Below, piece after piece: positions 1-7,935 of a stretch of 62,868 bases of DNA. The notes under the pieces were generated by a model. The model saw only the letters and a program-made list of their open reading frames with translations, searched no databases and was not told where the DNA came from. Location: contig CAMOSQ010000005.1 of assembly GCA_946624985.1 (NCBI GenBank), positions 1-62,868 on the forward strand, written 5' to 3'. The stretch is from an uncultured Bacillales bacterium (GTDB taxonomy: Bacteria > Bacillota_I > Bacilli_A > RF39 > UBA660). The position numbers were made by a program, and so were the translations under genes. Position 1 is the stretch's first letter. The number at the start of each line of letters is the position of its first letter.

Positions 1-138
1 CTTACCCTTTTTATTCTCTATAATCTCTGCAAGATAACCCCAACATTATATTGCATTTACTAAATTGTCATTTTGATTAATAATCATAAGGTTTAATTGC
101 TTGTTTTTTTATTCAGATACTTTTTAAAATTTTTGATG

Positions 139-366
139 CTATTTTTCACTTAATATTTTTTTTAATTCTTTCAAGTGATGGATTATTTTTTTGTTATGTT
201 CTGCTAATTTGTGTTGTTCTTCTGATGTAGCTGGTTTTAGTGGATTAAAATATTCTTCTTGTTGTTTAGCTATATCATTTAAATATTTAAAATCTGCTTC
301 AGTTAACGTCTTTATCAATTGACCTATTTTATAAATTGTATTTACTGGATCTTTGCTTCCTCTCAT
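139..366 (-). CDS. Phage hypothetical protein
   Basis: 75-aa ORF, start overlaps the upstream stop, GGAGG RBS. Confidence 0.7.
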   Translation of the reverse strand: MRGSKDPVNTIYKIGQLIKTLTEADFKYLNDIAKQQEEYFNPLKPATSEEQHKLAEHNKKIIHHLKELKKILSEK

Positions 367-686
367 TATTCCACCTCCTTGAACTTATTAATCTTGTATT
401 CTAATACATGTGTCATTCTTAGCATTTGATTTGCTCTATGCTTGATGTTATTTATTGTTTCTTGCATTTCTTCTTCAGTTTCACAAATATAAAATCCTCC
501 ACTTACTCCTGAAATACTTCCTACTATTTCAGTAAACTTCATATTCTCTCGTATGTTTTGAATAACTTGTCTCATAGACTTATCACTTTTAATTTCAAAC
601 ATACTTCTTAAATCTTGATTTTTTATTAAGTTATCTTTGCCACGATTATGTAAACAAAGATATTGATATACTAATTCTTCAATCAT
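366..686 (-). CDS. Phage winged-HTH-like DNA-binding protein
   Basis: Helical N-terminus followed by GSISGVSGGFYICETEEE wing-like motif seen in phage/PICI proteins; AAAGGGG RBS. Confidence 0.55.
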   Translation of the reverse strand: MIEELVYQYLCLHNRGKDNLIKNQDLRSMFEIKSDKSMRQVIQNIRENMKFTEIVGSISGVSGGFYICETEEEMQETINNIKHRANQMLRMTHVLEYKINKFKEVE

Positions 687-700
687 AATAATTCCCCTTT

Positions 701-1240
701 CTAATTGATTGATATTGGCATTCCTGCTTTACTGTATACATAATTTTGTAATCTCTGAAATTCTTCTTTTTCAGATTGTGTTTTTTCTTCTTTGCTCATC
801 AAAACTTCACAAAGTTTTTCGATAAATTCATCATATTTTTCTTTAAAAAGAACTTCTGGCATTTTTAATAATTTTTCTTCATTCAATATCGTAAACATTT
901 TGCTATGAAGTTTCATATACTCAATCGAATTATGTCGTTCTATATGTGCTTCATAATCTTTGAGTGATAATACTTTTTTGCAATTAGGACATAATACTTT
1001 ATAATTATTTTGATTGCCCTTTTCCGATGATTTTATTAAGTATTTTGTTATGAAATGAATCTTTGGTATTTGGGAGCCTAAATCACCTTTTAAATGTTCT
1101 TCAAATTTTTTATAAACATCTTCTTTATCATAATCTTTTAATCTCTCATACCACTCGTTTAATACATATCCTTCTTGTGAAAATGATTGATAGTTTGCTT
1201 TTATCTTTTCAAGAAATGTTACTACTTCTTGTTTAGTCAT
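701..1240 (-). CDS. Putative helicase loader/inhibitor (G39P-like N-terminus) with CxxC..H..H zinc finger
   Basis: MTKQEVVTFLEKIKANY N-terminus, CPNC...H...H, directly downstream of the replication initiator. Confidence 0.55.
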   Translation of the reverse strand: MTKQEVVTFLEKIKANYQSFSQEGYVLNEWYERLKDYDKEDVYKKFEEHLKGDLGSQIPKIHFITKYLIKSSEKGNQNNYKVLCPNCKKVLSLKDYEAHIERHNSIEYMKLHSKMFTILNEEKLLKMPEVLFKEKYDEFIEKLCEVLMSKEEKTQSEKEEFQRLQNYVYSKAGMPISIN

Positions 1241-1859
1241 TTTTCATAAACTCTCTTTTAGTTTCTTCCCATTGCTGATTGTTGTAGCTGCTTGAGTTTT
1301 GTTTTTCATTTTTTAACCTATCAAAAACAATTCCTTGATAATTATTAGCAATACTATAATCGATGACATCAATCATTTTATCTGTTCCATATTCTTGTAC
1401 TGTATTATCAATTCTGTTTAATAATGACTTTAATCCTATTTCTGTATATGGTTTATCTTTTCTTTGTTTTTTATAATTTAACCATTCTTCTATTTTAGAT
1501 ATTAATAAATTATTATTATTTATAAATATAAAATTAGAAATATAAAACTTAAAACTTAAAATACTTGTTTTGTTTTCTTTTGGTTCTTTATTTGGTTTTG
1601 TTTCGGTTTCTTCTCGGTTGTTGTTCGGTTGTTGTTCGGTTGTTGTTCGGTTTCTTCTTTTTGAATTACTTTTTGATACATTTAATTGATTCTTTAAAGT
1701 ATTAAAAATAGCTTGATTATGACCTGTTAAATTAGGTTCAATATCCTTAAACATATAATCATTAATTGCTACTAATAATGCTGATTTATCCTTTAAAGGT
1801 AAAGTATCTATTAAATTAAAGTAATCAAAATACATAGTAAAACTATTAACACTATTCAT
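1233..1859 (-). CDS. Phage replication initiator (DUF6291-like N-terminus, low-complexity linker, helical C-terminus)
   Basis: SFTMYFDY N-terminus, EWLNYKKQRK..YTEIGLK..SIANNYQG C-terminus, internal iterons. Confidence 0.75.
   Translation of the reverse strand: MNSVNSFTMYFDYFNLIDTLPLKDKSALLVAINDYMFKDIEPNLTGHNQAIFNTLKNQLNVSKSNSKRRNRTTTEQQPNNNREETETKPNKEPKENKTSILSFKFYISNFIFINNNNLLISKIEEWLNYKKQRKDKPYTEIGLKSLLNRIDNTVQEYGTDKMIDVIDYSIANNYQGIVFDRLKNEKQNSSSYNNQQWEETKREFMKND
1593..1658. repeat. 11-bp tandem iterons, probable phage replication origin
   Basis: TGGTTTTGTTT, CGGTTTCTTCT, CGGTTGTTGTT x3, CGGTTTCTTCT; period not a multiple of 3. Confidence 0.8.
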
Positions 1860-1876
1860 ACTTTCCCCTTTCTAAT

Positions 1877-1905
1877 TTGACATTTGTTATTTTTTTTGCT
1901 ATAAT
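1877..1905 (+). promoter_or_regulatory. Consensus sigma-A promoter, antisense to the early lytic operon
   Basis: TTGACA-17 bp-TATAAT with extended -10 TG. Confidence 0.7.
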
Positions 1906-1926
1906 TAAGAAGATTAATTTAATTAA

Positions 1927-1992
1927 TCAATAAAATATTCTGTGTTGAACCCCGTTTAATTGTTCGACACTTTTTTTATTGTCATTTTTCAT
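1927..1992 (-). CDS. Possible 21-aa phage peptide MKNDNKKSVEQLNGVQHRIFY
   Basis: AAGGAG RBS then ATG, in operon orientation; very short. Confidence 0.3.
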   Translation of the reverse strand: MKNDNKKSVEQLNGVQHRIFY

Positions 1993-2038
1993 ATAATCTC
2001 CTTTTGTGATATAATTACCTCAGAAAGTGAGGTGTCTT

Positions 2039-2209
2039 ATGTATAACAACATTTCTGAAATAGATGTTATTCCATACAATAAAATTACTGTTGAAAATGA
2101 TAACTTCGTTAATTCAAAACAAATTGTAAATAAACTATTAGCAGATGGTTGGGTTATACTAGATGTATCAAATGGCTATTTTGTTCTAGGTAAGCCGAGC
2201 CAAACATAA
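2039..2209 (+). CDS. Small phage protein with VNxxLxxGW motif, opposite to the lytic operon
   Basis: GAGGTG RBS before ATG at 2039, TGATATAAT extended -10 upstream; resembles the convergent neighbour. Confidence 0.65.
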   Translation: MYNNISEIDVIPYNKITVENDNFVNSKQIVNKLLADGWVILDVSNGYFVLGKPSQT

Positions 2210-2391
2210 ATACTTTTAGTTGATGTATCATAATATGAGTCTAAATAAATCCATCCTTGACTTAAATGATTATTAATCTCTTTACGTTCTGAACTAGAGA
2301 GATTTTTTATTTCACCAATACTTGCTAAATCTTCTTGTATTTCAATTACAATACTTCCTTCTTCATTTACTTCGAATGTTTTATTTTCCAT
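2176..2391 (-). CDS. Small phage protein with INxxLxxGW motif
   Basis: GGAGG RBS, in lytic operon, 34-bp 3' overlap with 2039..2209. Confidence 0.7.
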   Translation of the reverse strand: MENKTFEVNEEGSIVIEIQEDLASIGEIKNLSSSERKEINNHLSQGWIYLDSYYDTSTKSIYVWLGLPRTK

Positions 2392-2400
2392 TTTTTCCTC

Positions 2401-2643
2401 CTACATATGATCCATACAGTAATTTACTGAATATCCTTTATCAGTACATGTTTGTACAAATTCTTTATTTTGTTTATCGATTAATAAGATACATACACTT
2501 GTAATTGCAATGATAAATGCTATTACAAAATATCCTAAGATTGTATCTTTTTTTTGTGCTTTTTCATATTTTTTCATATATTCACGATAAGCTTTTTCGT
2601 GATTTTCGTTAATTATTTCTTGCATACTTTTTTGATTTTTCAT
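2401..2643 (-). CDS. Phage single-pass membrane protein
   Basis: One hydrophobic segment ILGYFVIAFIIAITSVCILLI, C-terminal Cys pair. Confidence 0.7.
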   Translation of the reverse strand: MKNQKSMQEIINENHEKAYREYMKKYEKAQKKDTILGYFVIAFIIAITSVCILLIDKQNKEFVQTCTDKGYSVNYCMDHM

Positions 2644-2657
2644 ATTTCTTCTCCCTC

Positions 2658-2861
2658 TTATATTCCAAATTTCTTTTTAAAAAGTTTTGTTAATGCTACT
2701 TTTGTTCTTCCTTCTGGAACAAAGTAACCTTTATTTTTCATTTCAATTCTTAGTTCATCAATATACTTTAAAGCTCTAATATAATTCAATGATGGTATTA
2801 TCTGTTGCATATCTTTAGCTGTAATAAATTGCTGCTTTAATATTTCCTCGCTGGTTTTCAT
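2658..2861 (-). CDS. Excisionase-like small HTH protein
   Basis: 67 aa, basic, FITAKDMQQI motif, second gene after Cro. Confidence 0.5.
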   Translation of the reverse strand: MKTSEEILKQQFITAKDMQQIIPSLNYIRALKYIDELRIEMKNKGYFVPEGRTKVALTKLFKKKFGI

Positions 2862-2881
2862 TTATGATCCCCTTTCAATGA

Positions 2882-3121
2882 TTAACATTTATTTGTGTGA
2901 TTATACTCACATATAATTTTAAAAAAAATAAGTTCATTTATCTGATAAAAATTCAATATTTTTTCTAACATACCTAACTTTAAATCAGATGCATCTTTTT
3001 CATACTTGGATAATGTATTGAAATGTATTGATAATTTTTGGCTTGCTTGCTCAAGTGATAAGTTTCTTTTTACTCTTAATGATTTCAATTCTTTACCAAT
3101 TAATGTTCCGTTTGTAACCAT
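2882..3121 (-). CDS. Cro-like XRE HTH regulator
   Basis: LKSLRVKRNLSLEQASQKLSIHFNTLSKYE; divergent from CI-like gene. Confidence 0.85.
   Translation of the reverse strand: MVTNGTLIGKELKSLRVKRNLSLEQASQKLSIHFNTLSKYEKDASDLKLGMLEKILNFYQINELIFFKIICEYNHTNKC
2896..2911. promoter_or_regulatory. Distal repressor operator inside the cro 3' end
   Basis: TGTGATTATACTCACA; 14-bp core identical to 3153-3166. Confidence 0.7.
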
Positions 3122-3144
3122 CCTTATCCCTCCTATCTAAATAC

Positions 3145-3232
3145 ATTATATCGTGATTATACTCACTTGTCAATGCTAAAATGTGATTTTTTTCACATTT
3201 TTTGTTGTTTTTTTACAAAACTATGTTAAAAT
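3145..3232. promoter_or_regulatory. Lysis/lysogeny switch: divergent promoters and GTGA-N6-TCAC operators
   Basis: Minus strand TTGACA(3173-3168)-17-TATAAT(3150-3145); plus strand TG-T-TAAAAT (3227-3232); operators at 3153-3166 and 3183-3196. Confidence 0.8.
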
Positions 3233-3252
3233 AATATTAGGGAGGGGATATA

Positions 3253-3603
3253 ATGGCTAGATTCTTTAATAAAAATTTAAAATTTATACGACAACAAAAG
3301 GGAATATCTCAACAAGAAATAGCCGATAAATTAAAATTGGATCGTTCTACCATATCTAGATGGGAAAATAATGATATGGATGCAACGGTAGAAAATGCCA
3401 TCCAGGTTGCTGATATGTTTAATATATCTATCGCTGATCTTGTTGGTAAAGATTTAACAATTGATGATAACAATAATACTTTTAACGAATTAGAATTGTT
3501 ATTCGACAAAAATAAAGATATATTAACTGAGGATGACAAAGAATATATTAAATTTATAATAGAAAAAAGAAAAAAAGAAATAGATAAAGAATTAGGAAAA
3601 TAA
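3253..3603 (+). CDS. CI/ImmR-like XRE repressor
   Basis: NLKFIRQQKGISQQEIADKLKLDRSTISRWE HTH; followed by ImmA-like gene. Confidence 0.9.
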   Translation: MARFFNKNLKFIRQQKGISQQEIADKLKLDRSTISRWENNDMDATVENAIQVADMFNISIADLVGKDLTIDDNNNTFNELELLFDKNKDILTEDDKEYIKFIIEKRKKEIDKELGK

Positions 3604-3644
3604 TAGGTATGCTAGTATAGATGCTTAATGGAGGGAAGTTAAGT

Positions 3645-4001
3645 ATGAATATATATAATATGCTATGTGGCAATATTTCTTTTAGAGATTTATTAAATTA
3701 TTATAATGCTAATATAACTTACATTAATTTATCAAGAGGAATTAATGGTTTTGTATTCCAGTATGAGAACATATATAATATTTTTATAAACAATAAATTA
3801 TCGTATAAAGAAATTAAAAAAACAATTCTACATGAACTTGCTCATATCGAACTGAATCAATTAAATCAAATAGATAAAGATTTATTTGCATTTCAAATAG
3901 AAAAATACGAAGATGAAGCCGATAAATATATTAATTTTATATTTAGTACAATTAATGAACAAAAAAATAACATAACAGGAGGATTTTTAAATGAATTATA
4001 A
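3645..4001 (+). CDS. ImmA/IrrE-family metallo-endopeptidase (anti-repressor)
   Basis: HELAH zinc motif plus EDEAD; GGAGG RBS supports start at 3645 rather than 3621. Confidence 0.85.
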   Translation: MNIYNMLCGNISFRDLLNYYNANITYINLSRGINGFVFQYENIYNIFINNKLSYKEIKKTILHELAHIELNQLNQIDKDLFAFQIEKYEDEADKYINFIFSTINEQKNNITGGFLNEL

Positions 4002-4329
4002 AGATAAAGAAGTTGTAGTAATAGATGAACAAGGAAAAGAACATAAAATTAAACAATTCTGTCAATGTGTTAACGAAGAATATGCACTAATTTCCTCTAC
4101 TTCTTATGATAAAGAAAACAATATTTATCACAAATATTTTGATTGCTACGAAGATTGGCCGAAAGATTCGTTATTAGAATTTAAAAATTGGAAGGTAAAA
4201 AAAGTAATTAATTTAAATAATAATGAATTTAAAATATGTGCTAGATGTCATGAACGAGAATACAGGGAAAAACATCCAAATATTAAAAATACTGGATATG
4301 ATTTTCATTATTATTATGAAAAATTATAA
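3991..4329 (+). CDS. Hypothetical Cys-containing protein in the lysogeny module
   Basis: AGGAGG RBS; CQC and CARC motifs. Confidence 0.7.
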   Translation: MNYKDKEVVVIDEQGKEHKIKQFCQCVNEEYALISSTSYDKENNIYHKYFDCYEDWPKDSLLEFKNWKVKKVINLNNNEFKICARCHEREYREKHPNIKNTGYDFHYYYEKL

Positions 4330-4399
4330 AATTGTAATTTAATTAAAAGTATGCTAGTACAGGTATTTTTAATATAGATGTTAGATTGGAGGTAATAAT

Positions 4400-4804
4400 A
4401 TGTGTAAAATGGGAGATATAATAGTTGTAGAAGAATATATAGGTGATGGAAATAATCTAATTTCTAAACATTCTTTTGTAGTTATTAATGATGAATGTGG
4501 GACAATAGCAGGACTTGATTATGATCTAGTAACGACTGTTATTTCAAGTTTTAATAGTGAAGAACATAGAATGAAAAAACTAAAATATGAAGAAAATATG
4601 GAATTACCTATTGATTCAATGAAAGAAAGGGATTTTAAAAAATCATCATATATAAAAGCTGATCAGGCACATTATTTTAAAAAAGAAAAATTAAAATATT
4701 ATGTGTTAGGTTCTTTAAAAGAAGAATATATGGATGAGCTTTTGAAGTTAATTTTAAAATTAGCAAAAGAAGGTAAACTTAAACAAATTGTTGAAAATTT
4801 ATAA
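4400..4804 (+). CDS. PemK/MazF-like toxin-family protein
   Basis: KMGDIIVV..HSFVVIN..ISS..KKSSYIKADQ pattern fits the PemK/MazF fold. Confidence 0.6.
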   Translation: MCKMGDIIVVEEYIGDGNNLISKHSFVVINDECGTIAGLDYDLVTTVISSFNSEEHRMKKLKYEENMELPIDSMKERDFKKSSYIKADQAHYFKKEKLKYYVLGSLKEEYMDELLKLILKLAKEGKLKQIVENL

Positions 4805-4810
4805 AAAAGT

Positions 4811-4892
4811 TTGACACTTTACGGTTTCTTTGATATAATAACCATCAATTTATAAATATATATTTGCATTTTTTTGTATAATATCGTATAAT
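4811..4892 (+). promoter_or_regulatory. Two tandem sigma-A promoters
   Basis: TTGACA(4811)-17-TATAAT(4834) with TG; TTGCAT(4864)-17-TATAAT(4887). Confidence 0.7.
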
Positions 4893-4925
4893 ATTGGTAG
4901 AATAGAAAAGGATAAGGTGGTTATT

Positions 4926-5093
4926 ATGGAAAAGAAAAATATAATTCCTAAAGGTTTCTTTTCGACTGTAAGAAATATAATCACAACAAAAGAAGCCTTG
5001 AAGGATGTTACTCCAGTAAATTGGAGCAATGCTTTAAAGGATAGAAAAAAAGATGAAAAGCAAGTAATAAAGTTAGTCAAACCTAAAATTTAA
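4926..5093 (+). CDS. 55-aa protein, candidate antitoxin (not in the ORF track)
   Basis: AAGGTGG RBS, own promoters; MEKKNIIPKGFFSTVRNIITTKEALKDVTPVNWSNALKDRKKDEKQVIKLVKPKI. Confidence 0.6.
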   Translation: MEKKNIIPKGFFSTVRNIITTKEALKDVTPVNWSNALKDRKKDEKQVIKLVKPKI

Positions 5094-5246
5094 CTAACTT
5101 TTTTAATTACAAAAAAACTCCTACCCCACCAGGTAGAAGTAAAGTATGCAAATTTTTAATTCATGACAACAATCATTGAAATTCTTTTTTGCACGTTTTT
5201 ATTATAACAAATTTAAAAATTTAAATCAATAAGGGGGAAATAAAAA

Positions 5247-6383
5247 ATGGCAATATATAAGGATAGTAATAAGACAAAAGATGGTAGATCTTGGTATTTT
5301 AAAGTATATAAAAAAGATTATTTAGGTAATAATAAAGTATATAAATCAAAAAGGTACTTAACAAAAAAAGAAGCTACTGATGAACAAGCAATATTTCTTT
5401 TGAAAAGAGATAATCCATATAGTAAGCCTTTTGATGTGGTTACAAAAGGATATTTTGAAGAACTTAAGAAAAGTTCTAAACCTTCAACATATTATACGTA
5501 TGAAAAGGATTATAAAAAGCATATAGGACCATTTTTTAACAAAATGAATATTATATCGATTAATGTCAATTCAATCAGAGAATGGGCTGAAAATATGGAA
5601 AAATTAAATCTTTCAGTTGCTTATTTAAACAAAATAAGAAATATAATAAAAGGAATATTTAATTATGCAATAAGGAACTTCGGATTAACTGTTAATCCAG
5701 TAGAAATATATGGAACATTTAAAAATAAAAATGATGAGATAATTAAAGATGAAGATAAAATCAGATATATCACATATGATGAATTTAAATCTTTTATCAA
5801 AGTTATAGATAATGATCTATGGAATACTTTTTTTACATTTGCTTATTATACAGGATGTCGTAAAGGAGAAATACAGGCAATAAAATGGAGCGATATAGAT
5901 TTTGATAAAAATGAAATTACAATCAATAAAACCTTATATGAAACTCGTGGCGGCACTCCTAACATCAATTCTACAAAAAACAACCTTAATAGAAAGATAG
6001 TGATGAGTAAAACATTAAAAGAAACACTTATTAAATACAAGAATAAGGTAAAACAATTTTGTGATTATAGTGATTCATGGTTTGTATTTGGAAATTCTAC
6101 ATATTTAAAGAAAACTACAATAGAAAGAACAAAACATAAATATTTTGAATTATCTGGAGTTCATGAGATAACTATGCACGAATTTAGGCACTCTCACGTT
6201 AGTTTATTGATAAATGAGTATGTTAATACTAGCAAGTCTAAAAACATGAAAATAGATACTGCAAAATTCTTTCTAATGATGTCTTCTAGAATGGGACACA
6301 CTATCGAAGTAATGCAAAAAACATACATGCATCTATTCCCTACTATTCAAGATGAGATTGTAGATTTATTAGATAATTTATAA
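5247..6383 (+). CDS. Phage tyrosine integrase
   Basis: TGCRKGE, TK, HEFRHS, RMGH and TYMH catalytic motifs; arm-binding N-terminus. Confidence 0.96.
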   Translation: MAIYKDSNKTKDGRSWYFKVYKKDYLGNNKVYKSKRYLTKKEATDEQAIFLLKRDNPYSKPFDVVTKGYFEELKKSSKPSTYYTYEKDYKKHIGPFFNKMNIISINVNSIREWAENMEKLNLSVAYLNKIRNIIKGIFNYAIRNFGLTVNPVEIYGTFKNKNDEIIKDEDKIRYITYDEFKSFIKVIDNDLWNTFFTFAYYTGCRKGEIQAIKWSDIDFDKNEITINKTLYETRGGTPNINSTKNNLNRKIVMSKTLKETLIKYKNKVKQFCDYSDSWFVFGNSTYLKKTTIERTKHKYFELSGVHEITMHEFRHSHVSLLINEYVNTSKSKNMKIDTAKFFLMMSSRMGHTIEVMQKTYMHLFPTIQDEIVDLLDNL

Positions 6384-6386
6384 TTT

Positions 6387-6408
6387 TAGTACCTAAATAG
6401 TACCTAAA
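6387..6408. repeat. Tandem integrase arm-type sites
   Basis: TAGTACCTAAA x2 between the integrase stop and the tRNA 3' end. Confidence 0.7.
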
Positions 6409-6410
6409 AA

Positions 6411-6443
6411 AATAAAAACCTAGGAAATTCCTAGGTTATTTTC
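6411..6443. terminator. Hairpin between the convergent integrase and tRNA
   Basis: AACCTAGGA-AAT-TCCTAGGTT flanked by A/T tracts. Confidence 0.65.
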
Positions 6444-6447
6444 TTAT

Positions 6448-6524
6448 TGGTAGCGACGAGTGGATTCGAACCACCGACCTACTGGGTATGAACCAGGTGC
6501 TCTAGCCAACTGAGCTACATCGCC
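6448..6524 (-). tRNA. tRNA-Met (CAT), elongator type; prophage attachment site
   Basis: GGCGATGTAGCTCAGTTGGCTAGAGCACCTGGTTCATACCCAGTAGGTCGGTGGTTCGAATCCACTCGTCGCTACCA; cloverleaf with encoded CCA. Confidence 0.96.
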
Positions 6525-6605
6525 ATTTAAACAGGCAAATTAATTGTATCACATTTGTATTTTAATAGCAATACAAAATTTACCTTTTTTTTATTTTGTT
6601 TACAC

Positions 6606-7892
6606 TCATACCTGATTTTTATACATTTCTACATACTTTTTTTCAAAACTAGTTAAATCATTTGGACTCATAAATAATAATACAGAATTATTATAATTTA
6701 ATAATTTACTCACTTCATTCTTACCAATAAACTCACCATTATATAAATTATCAATTATTAAATTAGATGTAATACCATAATAATCTTCTTGCTTTTCTCT
6801 TGACGGATAAATATCCATAATATATGAATAATCAAGTTTATTTAACTCAAAAGCAATTTCCTTATAAAATCTTTTCGTTCTTGAAAAAGTATGAGGTTCA
6901 AATACACCTATAAATTTCTTTCCAGGATATTTCTGATGAGCCGCATCTATTAACGATTTAATCTCATTTGGATGATGAGCATAATCATCAATAACTACAT
7001 TATCCAAAACTTTCAACTCATTAAATCTTCTCTTTGCGCCCTTAAACGTTAACAGTCTTTCATAAACACTATCCATATTTATACCTTCCAAATAACAAAC
7101 ACTTATAACAGCCAAAGTATTTAATAACATATGACTACCAAAAAAAGGTAAACTAAAACTACGTTCAAATAAACCATTAATAAATAAATCAAACTCTATA
7201 CCAGAGCAACTATACTTCACATCTTTTGCCTGAAAATAATTATTAGAATCCACACCATAATAATATATATTATCATGCTTTAACTTTTTCGTATAATCAT
7301 TATCACCACATGCAATAATTATATTTCCCTTTTTTGAAAAATCATTATATGCATCAAACACTTCATCAATACTATGAAAAAAATCAACATGATCTAAATC
7401 TATATTAGTTATTATAATATAATTTGGATTATACTCTAAAAAATGCCTTTTGTACTCACAAGCCTCAAGAACAAAATAATTACTATCACATATATTACCA
7501 CTTCCATCACCAATTAAATAATTTGAATCAAGAACATGAGCTAACATAGAAGAAGTTGTAGTCTTACCATGACACCCCGATACAGCAATCAAATTATACT
7601 TGCTAGTTATAATATTAACCATTTCTTGATAAGTATATATCAATAAATTTCTTTTTTTAGCCTCAACTACCTCTTCATTTGAATCATCAAAAGTATTTCC
7701 TTTAACAATAATCATATCATCCTTGATATTATCTCTATTAAAGCATAATACCTTAATATCATTTCTAATTAAACAATCCTCAGTAAAATAATGCTTATTA
7801 TAATCACTCCCCTGAACATTATATCCTAATTGTTTCATTAAAACAGCAAGTCCGCTCATACCAGACCCTTTAATTCCAATAAAATGATACAT
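6606..7892 (-). CDS. murC: UDP-N-acetylmuramate--L-alanine ligase
   Basis: HFIGIKGSGMSGLA, GCHGKTTT, EACEY, DDYAHHP. Confidence 0.96.
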   Translation of the reverse strand: MYHFIGIKGSGMSGLAVLMKQLGYNVQGSDYNKHYFTEDCLIRNDIKVLCFNRDNIKDDMIIVKGNTFDDSNEEVVEAKKRNLLIYTYQEMVNIITSKYNLIAVSGCHGKTTTSSMLAHVLDSNYLIGDGSGNICDSNYFVLEACEYKRHFLEYNPNYIIITNIDLDHVDFFHSIDEVFDAYNDFSKKGNIIIACGDNDYTKKLKHDNIYYYGVDSNNYFQAKDVKYSCSGIEFDLFINGLFERSFSLPFFGSHMLLNTLAVISVCYLEGINMDSVYERLLTFKGAKRRFNELKVLDNVVIDDYAHHPNEIKSLIDAAHQKYPGKKFIGVFEPHTFSRTKRFYKEIAFELNKLDYSYIMDIYPSREKQEDYYGITSNLIIDNLYNGEFIGKNEVSKLLNYNNSVLLFMSPNDLTSFEKKYVEMYKNQV

Positions 7893-7935
7893 AAAAACCT
7901 CCTACAATAACCTATTCTTTTAATAAAAATAAGTA

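Larger units (their letters stand above)
1..6447. mobile_element. Prophage (or phage-like integrative element), att-proximal end; continues beyond the window start
   Basis: Tyrosine integrase next to a tRNA 3' end, divergent Cro/CI pair, ImmA-like protease, replication initiator with iterons, dense small ORFs. Confidence 0.92.

Noticed and set aside
1593-1658. CRISPR array
   Set aside because: Units are 11 bp, contiguous, without spacers and inside a CDS; no cas genes in the window
4850-5080. 76-aa minus-strand ORF
   Set aside because: Shadow of the plus-strand 55-aa ORF, which has the RBS and promoters
6448-6524. tRNA-Ile2 or initiator tRNA-fMet
   Set aside because: No C1:A72 mismatch or triple G-C anticodon stem; sequence matches the Bacillota elongator Met pattern; the C27:U43 mismatch is minor
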